A stretch of 64,000 nucleotides of DNA, taken from contig CAVURN010000002.1 in NCBI GenBank assembly GCA_963743915.1, positions 288,001 to 352,000 on the forward strand, in the 5' to 3' direction. A program made the position numbers and the translations under genes. The stretch comes from an uncultured Actinomycetota bacterium. GTDB lineage: Bacteria; Actinomycetota; Actinomycetes; JAHEKZ01. How positions within the stretch are numbered: position 1 is the stretch's first letter; each line of letters begins with the position of its first letter. The notes beneath the pieces were generated by a model that worked only from the letters and a program-made list of their open reading frames with translations, did not search any database and had not been told where the DNA came from. Of this stretch, positions 40,612 through 59,280 are shown one piece after another.

Positions 40612-42330
40612 TCAGCGGGACGTCCGGGCGACCTCGAGCAGCTCCTCGGCATGTGCCTGTCCGGTGCTCGAGTCGGCGAGACCGGCGAGCATGCGGGTCA
40701 GCTCACGGACCCGGCCGGCGTCGTCGAGCAGGTGCACGTCGCTGGCCGTGACCTCGCCGGAGGTGGCCTTGCTCACCACCCAGTGACGGTCGGCGAACGC
40801 GGCGACCTGGGGCAGGTGGGTCACCACCAGCACCTGACGGCTGTGGGCCAGCCGCGCGAGACGTCGCCCCACCTCGACCGCGGCCGCTCCTCCGACCCCG
40901 GCATCGACCTCGTCGAAGACCAGGGTGGGCACCGGGTCGGCGTCGGCCAGCACGACCTCGAGCGCCAGCATCACCCGCGAGAGCTCGCCGCCGCTGGCCC
41001 CCTTCTGCAGCGGCAAGGGGCTCGACCCGGAGTGCGGCTTGAGCTGGAAGCTGACCTCGTCCACGCCGCTCGGGCCGCTCTGCACCCGACGACCGTCCGG
41101 CAGGGTGAGGCCGGCGACATCCCCGTCGTCGACCTCACGTTGCCCCACCGCGACCACGAGCTCGGCGTCCGGCATCGACAGCGCACCCAGCTCGGCGGTG
41201 ACCGCGGCCGCAAGGCGGTCGGCGTACTCCTGGCGCGCACGGGACAGGGCGCCCGCACGTTCACCGAGCCGGCGTTCGGTCTCGGTGATCTGCTCGCCCA
41301 GGGAGGCCAAGCGCCCATCGGTGCCGTCCACGTCCACGACGCGGCGATCGGCGTCCTCGACCCAGCGCAGGACGTCGGCGAGCTCGGGCCCGTACTTGCG
41401 CTGCAGACCGGTGAGCGCGGCCCGGCGTTCCTGGACCGCGGCGAGCCGGACCGGGTCGGCCTCCACCTCGGAGGCGTACGCATGGAGCTCGCCGACGACG
41501 TCGTTCAGCAGGTAAGCGAGCTCGCCGATGCGCCCCGCGAGCTCGGCGAGGACGCCGTCGTGGGCGCCGACCGCTTCGAGCGTGCGGCGAGCGGTCGACA
41601 GGTCGGTCAGGGCCGAGCGTTCGTCGTCGGAGAGCTGTTCCGCCACCGATCCCGCAGCGGTGGTCAGTTCGACCGCATGGGCCAGACGCTCCTCCTCCGC
41701 CCGCAGGGCGACGTCCTCGCCGGGTTGGGGCTCGACCGCGGCGATCTCGGCCAGGCCGGCCCGGAGCAGCTCCGCCTCCTGCATCCGCTGCTGGCGGTGG
41801 CTCTTGAGGTGCTCCCACTCCTGCCGCAGGTGGGACAGCTCGGCGTGCTCGGAGGCCACCGCCTCGCGGGCGGGCAGCAACGCTCCGTAGCGGTCGAGCA
41901 GATCGCGCTGGCGGGCCGGTGCCACCAGGTGGACCTGCTCGCTCTGACCGTGGATGGCCGCCACCGCGGCGCCCAGCTCGGCCAGTGTGCCGACCGGGAC
42001 CGCCGCCCCGCCAGCAGCTGCACGGGACCGACCGCCCGCGAGGACGGTCCGGACCAACGTCAAGGACCCGTCGTCGACGGCGCCCCCGATCTCGCCCACC
42101 CGGTCAGCCAGCGCCGCAGGACACGTGACAGCGGCAGTCACCTGGGCGGCGGCAGCGCCGGACCGGACGAGGTCGGCGCCCCCACGCCCCCCGAGCAGCA
42201 GACCGAGCCCGGTCACCACCATCGTCTTGCCGGCGCCCGTCTCCCCGGTCAGCACCGTCAGACCAGGGCCTAGCTCCAGCTCAGCGGAGTCGATGACCCC
42301 GAGCCCCGTCAGGCGCAGGTACTCGATCAC
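40612..42330 (-). CDS. recN: DNA repair protein RecN
   Basis: TGETGAGKT, IHGQ, ASGGELSRVML, FDEVDAGVGG, VTHLPQVA. Confidence 0.97.
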   Translation of the reverse strand: MIEYLRLTGLGVIDSAELELGPGLTVLTGETGAGKTMVVTGLGLLLGGRGGADLVRSGAAAAQVTAAVTCPAALADRVGEIGGAVDDGSLTLVRTVLAGGRSRAAAGGAAVPVGTLAELGAAVAAIHGQSEQVHLVAPARQRDLLDRYGALLPAREAVASEHAELSHLRQEWEHLKSHRQQRMQEAELLRAGLAEIAAVEPQPGEDVALRAEEERLAHAVELTTAAGSVAEQLSDDERSALTDLSTARRTLEAVGAHDGVLAELAGRIGELAYLLNDVVGELHAYASEVEADPVRLAAVQERRAALTGLQRKYGPELADVLRWVEDADRRVVDVDGTDGRLASLGEQITETERRLGERAGALSRARQEYADRLAAAVTAELGALSMPDAELVVAVGQREVDDGDVAGLTLPDGRRVQSGPSGVDEVSFQLKPHSGSSPLPLQKGASGGELSRVMLALEVVLADADPVPTLVFDEVDAGVGGAAAVEVGRRLARLAHSRQVLVVTHLPQVAAFADRHWVVSKATSGEVTASDVHLLDDAGRVRELTRMLAGLADSSTGQAHAEELLEVARTSR

Positions 42331-43262
42331 GCCCGGTCGCCCCGCCCCGTCGCCTCGTCCGCCTCGCTGTACGGGCGAGTGCGGCCTCGCTCCACGGTCC
42401 AGCCCTGGACCGGCAGCGCGAACTTCGCCACCAGCCGCTCGGTGAAGGGCGTCTGGTGGAGGCGTGCCAGCAGCACCGGCTCCGCACTGCTGCGCACAGC
42501 GACGCAGGCGCCGGGCACGAGCTCGGTGCCGCGACGTCCGTCCGCGGACAGGACCGCGGGTGCGCTCATCGGCAGCAGGTCGATCCGGATGACCGACGTG
42601 GGGGCGATGACCAGTGGTCGCGCGAAGAGCGCGTGGGCGGACAGCGGCACCACCAGCAGGGCATCGACCTCCGGCCACACGACCGGACCTCCCGCGGAGA
42701 AGGCGTAGGCGGTCGAGCCGGTCGGCGTCGCACACACCACACCGTCGCACCCCCAGCGAGACAGCCGCAGGCCGTCCACCTCGACCCCGACCTCGATCAT
42801 CCGGGCGCGGGCCGCCTTCTCGACGGCGATCTCGTTCAGGGCCCAGTGCCGTTCGACGACCTCACCGTCGACCTCGATCGCGACCTCGACCGTGGCTCGT
42901 GGCTCCACGACGTAGTCGCGGGCCACGACCTGGGCGGCGACCCGGTCGAGGTCGTGCTCCTCGGCCTCGGCGAGGAAGCCGACCCGCCCGAGGTTGATGC
43001 CGAGCAGCGGGGTGCCGCCGGTGCGGGCCAGCTCGGCACCGCGCAGGATCGTGCCGTCCCCGCCGAGCACCAGCACCAGCTCGACCGGCTGACCAGGCGT
43101 CCAGCGCGCAAGGTGCGGCAGAGCCAGCTCGTCGGACTCCTCAGCGGGTGCCACCACCTCGATGTCCGCCGCGTGCCAGCGCTCGACGAGCCGGGCCGCA
43201 CTGGCGGCGGCGCCCTCGCGACCCGTGTGCGTGACCAGGAGGATGCGGCGGGCGCTGCTCAC
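42327..43262 (-). CDS. nadK: NAD kinase
   Basis: GGDGT, GINLGRVGFL, ALNE, TPTGSTAY. Confidence 0.96.
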   Translation of the reverse strand: MSSARRILLVTHTGREGAAASAARLVERWHAADIEVVAPAEESDELALPHLARWTPGQPVELVLVLGGDGTILRGAELARTGGTPLLGINLGRVGFLAEAEEHDLDRVAAQVVARDYVVEPRATVEVAIEVDGEVVERHWALNEIAVEKAARARMIEVGVEVDGLRLSRWGCDGVVCATPTGSTAYAFSAGGPVVWPEVDALLVVPLSAHALFARPLVIAPTSVIRIDLLPMSAPAVLSADGRRGTELVPGACVAVRSSAEPVLLARLHQTPFTERLVAKFALPVQGWTVERGRTRPYSEADEATGRGDRA

Positions 43263-44062
43263 GTCGGACCCTCCTCGATCGCTCGTTGCACCGCTGCGGC
43301 GTCCAGCGGACCGCTCCCCTGGCGCAGCCAGAGGAAGTACTCGACGTTGCCGGCAGGGCCGGGCAACGGGCTGGCGGTGACGCCCGCCGCGCCCCAGCCC
43401 AGCTCGGCCGCCGCTGCCCCGATCCTAAGCACCGCGTCGCGCCGGAGCCTCGGGTCGCGAACCACGCCACCGTCCGGGAGGTGCTGACGCCCGACCTCGA
43501 ACTGCGGCTTGACCATGAGCAGCAGGTCGCCTGAGGGTGCGCACACCCCGGCCAGTGCCGGCAGCACCAGCCGCAGCGAGATGAAGGAGAGGTCGGCGAC
43601 CACGAGATCGACCGGTCCTCCGACCAGGTCGAGCGTGAGGTCACGGACGTTGGTCCTGTCACGGACCTGGACGCGGGGATCCTGCTGCAGCCGCCATGCG
43701 AGCTGGCCGTACCCGACGTCCACCGCGACCACCTCGCGGGCTCCCTCGCGCAGCAGGACGTCGGTGAACCCGCCCGTGCTCGCGCCGGCGTCCAGGCAGC
43801 GTCGTCCGCGCACGACGAGACCGTGTCGCGTGAAGGCGGCCAGCGCTCCCAGCAGCTTGGTGGCGCCGCGGGAGGCGAAGGGCTGCTCGGCGTCCGCGGC
43901 GACCACGACGATCGCTGCGCCCTCGTCGACCTGCGTGGCCACCTTGCGAGCGGCGATGCCCCCGACCGTCACCTCACCGGCCTCCACCAGGTCGGCGGCG
44001 TGCTGCCGGGACCGCGCCAGGCCACGACGGACCAGCTCGGCGTCGAGCCGTCGGCGGGCCAT
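43259..44062 (-). CDS. tlyA: TlyA rRNA 2'-O-methyltransferase
   Basis: RRLDAELVRRGL, SRG..KL, LDAGASTGGFT, DLSFIS, KPQFE, GNVEYF. Confidence 0.96.
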   Translation of the reverse strand: MARRRLDAELVRRGLARSRQHAADLVEAGEVTVGGIAARKVATQVDEGAAIVVVAADAEQPFASRGATKLLGALAAFTRHGLVVRGRRCLDAGASTGGFTDVLLREGAREVVAVDVGYGQLAWRLQQDPRVQVRDRTNVRDLTLDLVGGPVDLVVADLSFISLRLVLPALAGVCAPSGDLLLMVKPQFEVGRQHLPDGGVVRDPRLRRDAVLRIGAAAAELGWGAAGVTASPLPGPAGNVEYFLWLRQGSGPLDAAAVQRAIEEGPT

Positions 44063-44089
44063 CGGGGGCGGTCTCGACCGTCGCGGCGG

Positions 44090-44377
44090 TCAGCCGTCGC
44101 CCCCGGCGATCGGCGTACCCGCCGATTCCACCGGGGCGGCCATCGTCGACGCCAGTGACTCGAGCACCTGCTCGTAGACCTCGGCGTGCTCGCTCACCGG
44201 ACGCTCCGTGAGCGCCTCGAGTGGACGGAGCGCGGCGTCGACGTCCGCTGCGCCGGTCGACACGACCCCGAGGTCGAGCTCGGACTGGCCGTCGGCTCGC
44301 GGACCGACGCGCGGGGTCTCGTCCGGCGTGTCCTGCTCTGCGACGCTCTCGGGGACCTCGGCCCTGTCTTCGGTCAC
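44090..44377 (-). CDS. Small acidic hypothetical protein
   Basis: TG...VD.AL..L....P..EH..VYE pattern seen upstream of tlyA in actinobacteria. Confidence 0.65.
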   Translation of the reverse strand: MTEDRAEVPESVAEQDTPDETPRVGPRADGQSELDLGVVSTGAADVDAALRPLEALTERPVSEHAEVYEQVLESLASTMAAPVESAGTPIAGGDG

Positions 44378-44440
44378 GACGCCGGCTCCTCCTGGTCCAC
44401 CCGCTGTTGCCCTGCCCGGAAGGCCCCGGGCGGTCTCACG

Positions 44441-44836
44441 CTAGCGGCTCGACGCCCGTGCCTTCAGCGTGGCCCGCACCTGACGCAGCTGCTCGACGTA
44501 GTCGTCCCGGTCCGGACGCATGGCGACGGCCAGCGCCAGGTGCTCGGCCGCGGCAGCGAAGCGTCCCTGCCGGGCGAGAGCCAGACCGAGCCCGAGGTGG
44601 GCGTAGTCGTCGTCCGGCTGCTGCTGCACCAGCTGGCTGAAGTCCGCCTCGGCGGCGGCGTACTGCCGGGCCGCGAGCCGGGCGCGGCCGAGGGTCTCCC
44701 GCACGTGGCGGGCCTGCGGCTCTGCGTCCGCGACGCGTTCCAGGAGTGTCACGGCTGCCATGGGATGGCCGTCGTCGAGCAGCCGGCACCCGCGTCGGTA
44801 CCAGTCGTAGACGTCCCCGGTCGGCTCGCCTTCCAT
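44441..44836 (-). CDS. TPR-repeat protein
   Basis: Helical TPR pattern (E.LGRA, P.DDYAH.GLG.AL); TACCCT-N6-ATG. Confidence 0.85.
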   Translation of the reverse strand: MEGEPTGDVYDWYRRGCRLLDDGHPMAAVTLLERVADAEPQARHVRETLGRARLAARQYAAAEADFSQLVQQQPDDDYAHLGLGLALARQGRFAAAAEHLALAVAMRPDRDDYVEQLRQVRATLKARASSR

Positions 44837-44866
44837 CCCTCGAGGGTACGTCGCCCCGCCCGCGGG

Positions 44867-45223
44867 TCAGCGGAGGCGCCGGGCCTGGGCCACCTCCACG
44901 TCGTAGCGGCTCCGGGCACCCGCGGGGGTGCGCCAGAACCGCCGTCTGAGGCAGCCGCTCAGGCTGACCACGTCCCCGGGTTGCCAGCGCTCCACGCGTC
45001 GCGCGAGTCCGGCGGTCCACACCGAGCACTCGATGGTGTCGACCGTGGGTGCCGATCCGGCAGCGTGCCTGCGCGCGGGACGGTCCACCACCACGCGAAG
45101 GCTGACGAGCTCGTCGCCACTGGGCAGGGTGATGCGACGCGGGGCCGCGGCCAGTCGACCCGTCAGGCGAATCTCGTTCTCGGGAGGGGGCACAGCTGAC
45201 GGCTGCTTCGGCGACGGTGGCAT
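44867..45223 (-). CDS. Short single-stranded DNA-binding (OB-fold) protein, SsbB-like
   Basis: NEIRLTGRL, LPSGD, VD.I.C..W, G.LRRRFW; no acidic tail. Confidence 0.8.
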   Translation of the reverse strand: MPPSPKQPSAVPPPENEIRLTGRLAAAPRRITLPSGDELVSLRVVVDRPARRHAAGSAPTVDTIECSVWTAGLARRVERWQPGDVVSLSGCLRRRFWRTPAGARSRYDVEVAQARRLR

Positions 45224-45461
45224 GGAGTCCTCCTCGGACGTGCGGAACGTGCGGGATCCCAGGCTCCTCACCGCAGGGGACGTCCGACACCGCATGCCTG
45301 CCGACCTGGGGACGACCAAGGGGTGAGCGCACTGGGGACAGACGCCGGCTGATGGCGCGGTTCGCCGTGATCCGTGCCGGCCATCGAGTACGGTATTTCC
45401 CACTTGCTGGGCGGGAATTCCCCCGCTCGCTGCGGAAAAGCCGAGCACGGAGGGGACGCGG

Positions 45462-46535
45462 GTGGACACCACCGTCGATCTCGGGGCCTTCGACCTCGAC
45501 CTCGGGCTCGTGGTCGCCGGTGTCGTCGTCGGGTTCGTCGTCGGGCTGACCGGCATGGGCGGCGGCGCCTTGATGACGCCGTTGCTGATCCTCTTCTTCG
45601 GGATCGACCCCGTCACCGCGGTGAGCAGCGACCTGATCGTCTCGCTCTTCATGAAGCCGGTCGGCGCCGCCGTGCACCTCCGCCGCGGCACGGTGAACCT
45701 TGTCCTGGTCCGCTGGCTGGTGATCGGCTCGGTGCCGGCCGCGATCGGTGGCGTCCTGATCATCACCTCGATCGGCGAGAGCGCCAGTGTCGAGACCTTC
45801 ATCAAGGTCGCGCTGGGCGTGGCCCTGCTGCTGTCGGTGGCGACGATGGTCGGCAAGGCTTTGGTGTCGCTGCGCCAGCACTACCGCGACCAGGCGGCGG
45901 GCATCATCGGCCAGAGTGGCGACTCGGTGTTCGGGATCACCGTCAAGCCGGTCCCCACGATGATCGTCGGGATCCTCGGGGGCGTCGTGGTCGGCATGAC
46001 GTCGGTCGGGTCGGGATCGCTCATCATCGTCGGGTTGCTGCTGCTCTACCCGACGCTCCGCGCCGGCGGACTGGTCGGCACCGACCTGGTGCAGGCGGTG
46101 CCCCTGGTCGGGGCCGCGGCGCTGACGTACATCGTGCTCGGCGAGTTCCACGCCGACGTGACCCTCGCCCTGCTCATCGGTGCGCTGCCCGGCGTGTACC
46201 TGGGGGCCCGCGTCTCGTCGCGCGGCCAGGCGGGGATCATCCGACGGGCGCTCGTGCTGGTGCTCTTCGCGAGCGGCCTGAAGCTGGTCGGTCTCAGTCC
46301 AGAGGCCGTGGGGATCGCGGCGTTGGCGCTGGTGCTCGTCGGGCCCGTCCTGTGGGCGGTGGTCCGCAGCACCCAAGGGTTCCAGCGTGCACCGTCGCGC
46401 AACCCCGACGTCCCGCTGTGGCGGTTGGTGTGGGCCGCGGCCAGCGGTGTCCCACCGCGCTACCAGGGTGAGTCGATCACCGACGAGCCGAAGCCGGAGT
46501 GGGACCCCGAGCGGTCGGCCTCCGACCCGCTCTAG
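45462..46535 (+). CDS. TauE/SafE (TSUP) transporter
   Basis: GLTGMGGGALMTP, GMTSVGSGS, VGTDL; multi-TM. Confidence 0.9.
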   Translation: MDTTVDLGAFDLDLGLVVAGVVVGFVVGLTGMGGGALMTPLLILFFGIDPVTAVSSDLIVSLFMKPVGAAVHLRRGTVNLVLVRWLVIGSVPAAIGGVLIITSIGESASVETFIKVALGVALLLSVATMVGKALVSLRQHYRDQAAGIIGQSGDSVFGITVKPVPTMIVGILGGVVVGMTSVGSGSLIIVGLLLLYPTLRAGGLVGTDLVQAVPLVGAAALTYIVLGEFHADVTLALLIGALPGVYLGARVSSRGQAGIIRRALVLVLFASGLKLVGLSPEAVGIAALALVLVGPVLWAVVRSTQGFQRAPSRNPDVPLWRLVWAAASGVPPRYQGESITDEPKPEWDPERSASDPL

Positions 46536-46550
46536 CCCTCGACGCGTCTC

Positions 46551-47274
46551 TCAGCCCTCGACGCGCTCGGCGGCGTCCGTGACACCGTCGACGTCCGCCT
46601 CCGCCACCTGCCGGAACCATCGGGCCGCCTCTTCGCCCCGACCCACCCGCGAGAGCGTCTCGGCGTAGGCGTACCGGAGGCGCAGTGCCGAGACGCTCGG
46701 CGCGGCACGTAAGGACCCTTCGGGACGTTGCAGTGCAGGATCCTGCTCGAGCAGGTGCAGCGCGGCCTCGTCCTGACCCAGGTCACTCCGCGCACCTGCG
46801 GCGACGATCCGCAGCTCCCGCTGGACGTCCGGAGGCAGGGTCGAGGCCTCGGGCGAGGCCACGAGCTCGAGAGCACGCTCCGGGCGGCCGAGCCCGCGCT
46901 CGCAGTCGGCCATGAGCGGAAGGTGCGACTGGTCGCCGCTGAGCCGGCGGTAGGCCCGCAGCTCGGCCAGTGCCGTCTCGAAGTCTCCGCAGGCATAGGC
47001 GGTCAGCGCCATCGCCTCGCGCACGACCGCGACCCGCGAGGCGAGTCGCCGTGCGACCTGTGGCATGCTCCCGAGCCTGCTCCGGATCCTCGTCGACGAG
47101 CAGTCCGGCCATCGCCAGGTGCCCTCCGACTCGCTCGGCCATCTCCTTGGGGAGCGAGCGCAGCGCGGCTCGCGCGTCGCGGTCGAGAGCGAACCAGGTG
47201 ACGTCTTCGGGGACCTCCGGCTCACGGGGGCGCTCCTCGCGGCTGCGCGGCCGGCCGTGCGGGGTCTGAGCCAT
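46551..47274 (-). CDS. Conserved TPR-like protein downstream of rrn, frameshift near 47063
   Basis: LRSLPKEMAERVGGHLAMAG..D.DPE then ASRVAVVREA..AY..G, MADCERGLGRPERAL, RLRYAYA. Confidence 0.75.
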
Positions 47275-47332
47275 GGTCGCTCCTGGCGGTTGCGGGGTCG
47301 TGAGGGGGCGTGGCGAACAGGGTCCTGACATG

Positions 47333-47365
47333 CGACGAGGGGCCACCGGTGGTGGCCCCTCGTCG
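47333..47365. terminator. rrn operon terminator hairpin
   Basis: CGACGAGGGGCCACC-ggt-GGTGGCCCCTCGTCG right after 5S. Confidence 0.85.
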
Positions 47366-47373
47366 AGAAGAAT

Positions 47374-47492
47374 GTTCGGCGGCGTCCTACTCTCCCACGC
47401 AGTCTCCCACGCAGTACCATCGGCGCTGAAGGGCTTAGCTTCCGGGTTCGGAATGGGACCGGGCGTTTCCCCTTCGCTATGGCCACCGAAAC
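47374..47492 (-). rRNA. rrf: 5S rRNA
   Basis: GTTTCGGTGGCCATAGCGAAGGGGAAACGCCCGGTCCCATTCCGAACCCGGAAGCTAAG... Confidence 0.97.
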
Positions 47493-47595
47493 TCTATGGA
47501 GTTGTCCGGGCCGACGACCGGTGAAGGTCGAGGGCGGCCGACCGCAACTCGGGAACCGCACAGTGGACGCTTGAATACACGCAAATCTTGGTAAG

Positions 47596-50717
<3,122 letters not shown>

Positions 50718-51153
50718 CATTGACCACAAATTGATTTGTTTGGATGCTCGCGTCCACTGTGCAGTTCTCAAGGTACGGGCGGCGCGCAGTCCGTCGATCT
50801 CCCGGGTGCCGTGACGCGCACGGTCCTGCGGAAAGCGACTGCGGCCCACCGGTCCAGCGCCCCGAGGGGCGCCGGCCGGTCTGAAGGAGAGACACCGCGA
50901 GCACCTGCGCCGCCACCCGGAGGTGGAGCGAGGTGCTCGAAGCGGCCCGAACCCTCAGGACCCAACAGTGTGTCGGATGGCGTTCTCCACCTCGAGGTTC
51001 CACACGGCCGGCGAACCGGACGCAGTACTGACGAGGCGGGTGCAGCCACCCACTCAGCGATGTTCCACCCATGAGCAACCTCGGTGGGACGTGTGCCCAC
51101 TCAAAAGGCTCTGGACAGTCCGGACGCGCGACGGCGCCGAGCTGCCAGGTGCT

Positions 51154-52680
<1,527 letters not shown>

Positions 52681-52899
52681 AAACTTTGAGTTGCTGCGGA
52701 CCGGTCGAGACCGGGCGCAGTGATCCCGCGACCATCGCACGCGATGGTCGGTTCTCGTTTTGCTCGCATCCACCCGGACGGGGCCGGATGTCACGAGCGC
52801 CAAATGCTTGGCATCGCTGTTTGACACACTGTTGAGTTCTCAAGGTTCGAGCGCGCACTGAGCCAGGCCGTTTCCGGCCGTTTTCAGGGCAACCCAGTC

Positions 52900-52928
52900 A
52901 GGCTACCACCCTTGGCAGGGCGGTCCAA
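52900..52928 (-). promoter_or_regulatory. rrn promoter
   Basis: TTGGAC-N17-TAGCCT; boxA-like TTGAGAACTCAAC downstream (~52831-43). Confidence 0.65.
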
Positions 52929-53242
52929 ATCGGGTCCGACGGTGCAGGAGCAGCTCTCGTGAGCGCGCACCTCGCGACGTCGGGACCCGAACGCTAGCAC
53001 GCGACGCGTGCTGCTCCCCTCGCGGGGTCGGGTCGTTGCTGAGGACCACCGACAGTGGTCGTTGTGGTGCTGTGTCACCCGCACGAACCCGCACGATCCA
53101 GGGCGCTCGGCGGGGGACGGTGACCGCTCCAGACCGGCCGCACCCGAGGGGCGTCCGTTCCTCATGGAGGGCGTCGCAGACCCTATGTCGCTGGGGGTGG
53201 AGCGTCAAATGCGTTTTCCGGCGCCGCTCGGGGGGCCGGTGG

Positions 53243-54534
53243 TCAGACGACCTCGACGCCTGCCACGGCGCGCTTGCCCCGGCGCAGCACCAGCCAGCGG
53301 CCGTGGACGAGGTCGCCGGCCGCCGGCCGGTGGTCGGGGTCGGACTGCCGGACGTTGTTCAGGTACGCCCCGCCCTCGCTCACCGCACGGCGGGCGGCGG
53401 ACTTGCTCGGCGAGAGCTCGGTGGCGACCAGCAGGTCCACCAAGGGCGGCAGCTCACCGGCCGGCACCCGCACGTGTGGCGTCTCGAGAAGTGCAGCACC
53501 CAGGGTCTCCGCGTCGAGGCCGGCGAGATCGCCCTTGCCGAACAGGGCAGCGCTCGCAGCCTCCACCCGTGCCGTGTGGTCTGCGCCGTGCACCAAGGTG
53601 GTGAGTTCCTGGGCCAGCGCCCTCTGGCCCGCCCGCAGATGGGGACGCTCCCGCGTGTCGCTGTCGAGGCCCTCGATCTGCTCGTGCGGCAGGAAGGTGA
53701 ACATGCGCAGCAGCCCGGGCACGTCACGGTCGTCGGCGTTGATCCAGAACTGGTAGAAGGCGTACGGGCTGGTCAGCGCCGGATCGAGCCAGATCGCCCC
53801 TCCCTCGGTCTTGCCGAACTTGGTTCCGTCGGACTTGGTGAACAGGGTCGTGGTCAGCGCGTGCACGCGCTCTCCGGTGACCCGACGGATGAGGTCGACC
53901 CCGGCGGTGATGTTGCCCCACTGGTCCGAGCCGCCGGTCTGCAGCACGCAATGGTGACGACGGAACAGCTCGAGGTAGTCGTACGACTGAAGCAGCTGGT
54001 AGCTGAACTCGGTGTAGCTGATGCCCGCACCGGTCAGGCGCGCGGCCACCGCCTCCCGGTCGAGCATCCGGTTGACGCTGAAGTGCTTGCCGACGTCACG
54101 CAGGAAGTCGAGTGCGGAGAGGGTGGACGTCCACTCGTAGTTGTCGACGACGATCGCGCCGGTCACGGCGTCGTCGACGTCGAGGTAGCGCGCCACCTGT
54201 CGGCGGATCCGCGTCGACCCACTCCCCGACCACGTCGGCGTCGTTCAGGGTGCGCTCGGCGGTCATCTTGGGGTCGCCGATCAACCCGGTCGCCCCGCCG
54301 ACCAAGGCCAAGCGGCCGGTGACCGGAGAGCTGGAACCTGCGCAGGGTGATCAGCTGCACGAGGTTGCCCAGGTGCAGGCTCGGTCCGGTCGGATCGACT
54401 CCGCAGTACAGGGTGAGGGGTCCCTCGTCGAGGGCGGAGCGCAGGGCGCCGAGGTCGGTGGAGTCGGCGATCAGGCCACGCCAGGTGAGGTCCTCGAGGA
54501 CGCCGGAGGATGCAGGTGCGGTCACGGGGGTCAT
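53243..54534 (-). CDS. tyrS: Tyrosyl-tRNA synthetase (2 apparent frameshifts near 54310 and 54210)
   Basis: [54 protein letters not shown]4 domain. Confidence 0.95.
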
Positions 54535-55139
54535 CTTGGCGCATCGGCGCTCACGACCCGGGGGCGGCTGACGGACGGCGCGTCCTGGACCCACCACCGC
54601 CACGGCCGGTCGAGCGCCTCCCGGATGCCGATGCGAGGTCCGGAGGCGACACGCGCAGGGGACACACGTCTGCCGGTCTCCAGCCGCACGGATCCCCCGG
54701 CGTCCAGCAGGTCAGATCCGTCGAGGGCCCCGTCGAGGCCGAGGCACTTCGCCAGGTTCGCCGGCCCCCGGGCGAGTGCGGCGTCCGAGGCGGCGGTCGG
54801 TCGCCGGCTGCGCGCAAGCTCCAGACCCTCGACCACGGCTCCGGCGCGCAGCAGCACCGCGGACGCCGCACCTGCCGGCCCGGTCACGACGTTGGCGCAC
54901 CAGTGCATGCCGTACGTGAAGTACACGTACAGCGTGCCGGCCTGCGCGAACATCGAGGCGTTCCGCCGAGTCGCTCCGCGGTGTGCATGGGAGGCAGGGT
55001 CTTCACCTGTCCCGCCATACGCCTCCACCTCGGTCAGCCGGACCGTCACGGTCCCGTCGTCAGTGGTGTGGGTCAGCAGCGCTCCCAGCAGCCGGGGTGC
55101 GACGTCCTCCGCGGGCCTGTTCAGCGCTGAGCGACGCAC
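54531..55139 (-). CDS. 3-methyladenine DNA glycosylase (MPG/AAG)
   Basis: [37 protein letters not shown]. Confidence 0.94.
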   Translation of the reverse strand: MRRSALNRPAEDVAPRLLGALLTHTTDDGTVTVRLTEVEAYGGTGEDPASHAHRGATRRNASMFAQAGTLYVYFTYGMHWCANVVTGPAGAASAVLLRAGAVVEGLELARSRRPTAASDAALARGPANLAKCLGLDGALDGSDLLDAGGSVRLETGRRVSPARVASGPRIGIREALDRPWRWWVQDAPSVSRPRVVSADAPR

Positions 55140-55143
55140 GGCA

Positions 55144-57798
<2,655 letters not shown>

Positions 57799-57799
<1 letters not shown>

Positions 57800-58386
57800 C
57801 AGGTTCTCCCTTTGCTGGAGGGCTCTGTTGCGAGCCCGACGGTGACAGCCCCGACGGTGACAGCGGAGTGCGGCTCGAGCCCGGTGCGGGCACGCTCCGC
57901 GGCGGCGAGCAGCTCGTCGGCGACGTTGGCGCCGCCGTCCGGCTCTCGCGTCACGAGCAGGACGGTGTCGTCACCGGCGATGGTGCCGATCACCGAGCTG
58001 AGCAGGCTGTGGTCGATCGAGGACGCCAGGAAGTGGGCCCCTCCCGGGGGTGTCCGCAGGACCACGAGGTTCCCGGAGTGGTCGGCGGACACCAGGAGCT
58101 CCGCCAGTCGACGCACCATGCGTTCCATGGCGGCGTGCTCCTCCTCCGACGCCACCGAGGCGCGCGCGCCACCCTCCGGTGGCACCGCGTAGACCAGGTG
58201 CCCGTCGGACGTGCGGACACGAACGGCGCCGAGCTCGTCGAGGTCGCGGGACAAGGTCGCCTGTGTCACGGCCACGCCGTCGTCGGCCAGCAGTCGCGCG
58301 AGCTCGGACTGCGAGCGGATCTCGTGACGACCCAGGAGCTCGACGACCCGCTGCTGACGCGCGGCCTTGGTGCGGGGCAGGGTCAT
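57799..58386 (-). CDS. argR: Arginine repressor
   Basis: [26 protein letters not shown]; C-terminal extension with AVTVG x2. Confidence 0.95.
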
Positions 58387-59280
58387 CGGCTGACCTCCTC
58401 GAGCGGGTCCGCCAGCACGAGGGTGCCGATCCCCTCGTCGGTGAAGACCTCGAGCAGCAGGGCGTGCGGCGACCCGCCCGTCGAGGACGTGCGCCCGCTC
58501 CACCCCCCCATCGACTGCAGACAGGCACGCTGTCATCTTCGGGATCATCCCGGCCTGGAGGGTAGGGACCATCGTCCGCAGCTCCGAGGCGCTGATCTCG
58601 CTGATCAGCGACGACTCGTCGGGCCAGTCGGCGTACAGCCCGGGCACGTCGGTGAGCACCACGAGCTTGTCCGCGGCCAGCTGCACGGCCAGCGCGGCTG
58701 CGGCGGTGTCGGCATTGAGGTTGTACGTGAGCCCGTCCTCACCCCGGGCCACGCTCGAGACCACGGGGACCAGGCCGTCGTCGAGGACGGTGCGCACGAA
58801 CCCGTCGTCGACCGCCACGAGCTCTCCCACGTGGCCGAGGTCCACTTCTTCCCCGTCGTCGGCGACGACACGCCTGCGCGCCGTGAACAGGTGGGCGTCC
58901 TCACCCGACATGCCGACGGCAAGCGGCCCGTGCTGGTTGATGAGCCCGACCACCTGCCGCTGCACCTGGCCGGTGAGCACCATCCGCACGACGTCCATCG
59001 CCTCGGGGGTGGTGACCCGGAGCCCACCGACGAACTCCGACGGGACGCCCAGCGTGTCGAGCATGGCCGAGATCTGCGGCCCGCCGCCGTGCACGACCAC
59101 CGGTCGCAGGCCCACCCGGCGCAGGAACACGACGTCCGCAGCGAAGGACGCCTGCAGCTCGGGATCGACCATCGCGTGGCCGCCGTACTTCACGACAACC
59201 GTCGCGCCGCTGTACCGCTCGAGCCAGGGCAGGGCCTCGGCGAGGGTGGCGGCCTTCACGGCGAGCGAGGGCGTGGTCAT
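58383..59280 (-). CDS. argB: Acetylglutamate kinase (frameshift near 58470)
   Basis: [29 protein letters not shown]; C-terminal [13 protein letters not shown] in shifted frame. Confidence 0.93.

Noticed and set aside
46534-46565. 13-bp direct repeat AGCCCTCGACGCG at convergent gene ends
   Set aside because: Only 6 bp between copies and no element inside; likely a small local duplication.
57834-57864. 15-bp tandem repeat in argR tail (AVTVG x2)
   Set aside because: In-frame duplication in a non-conserved extension; no functional evidence.
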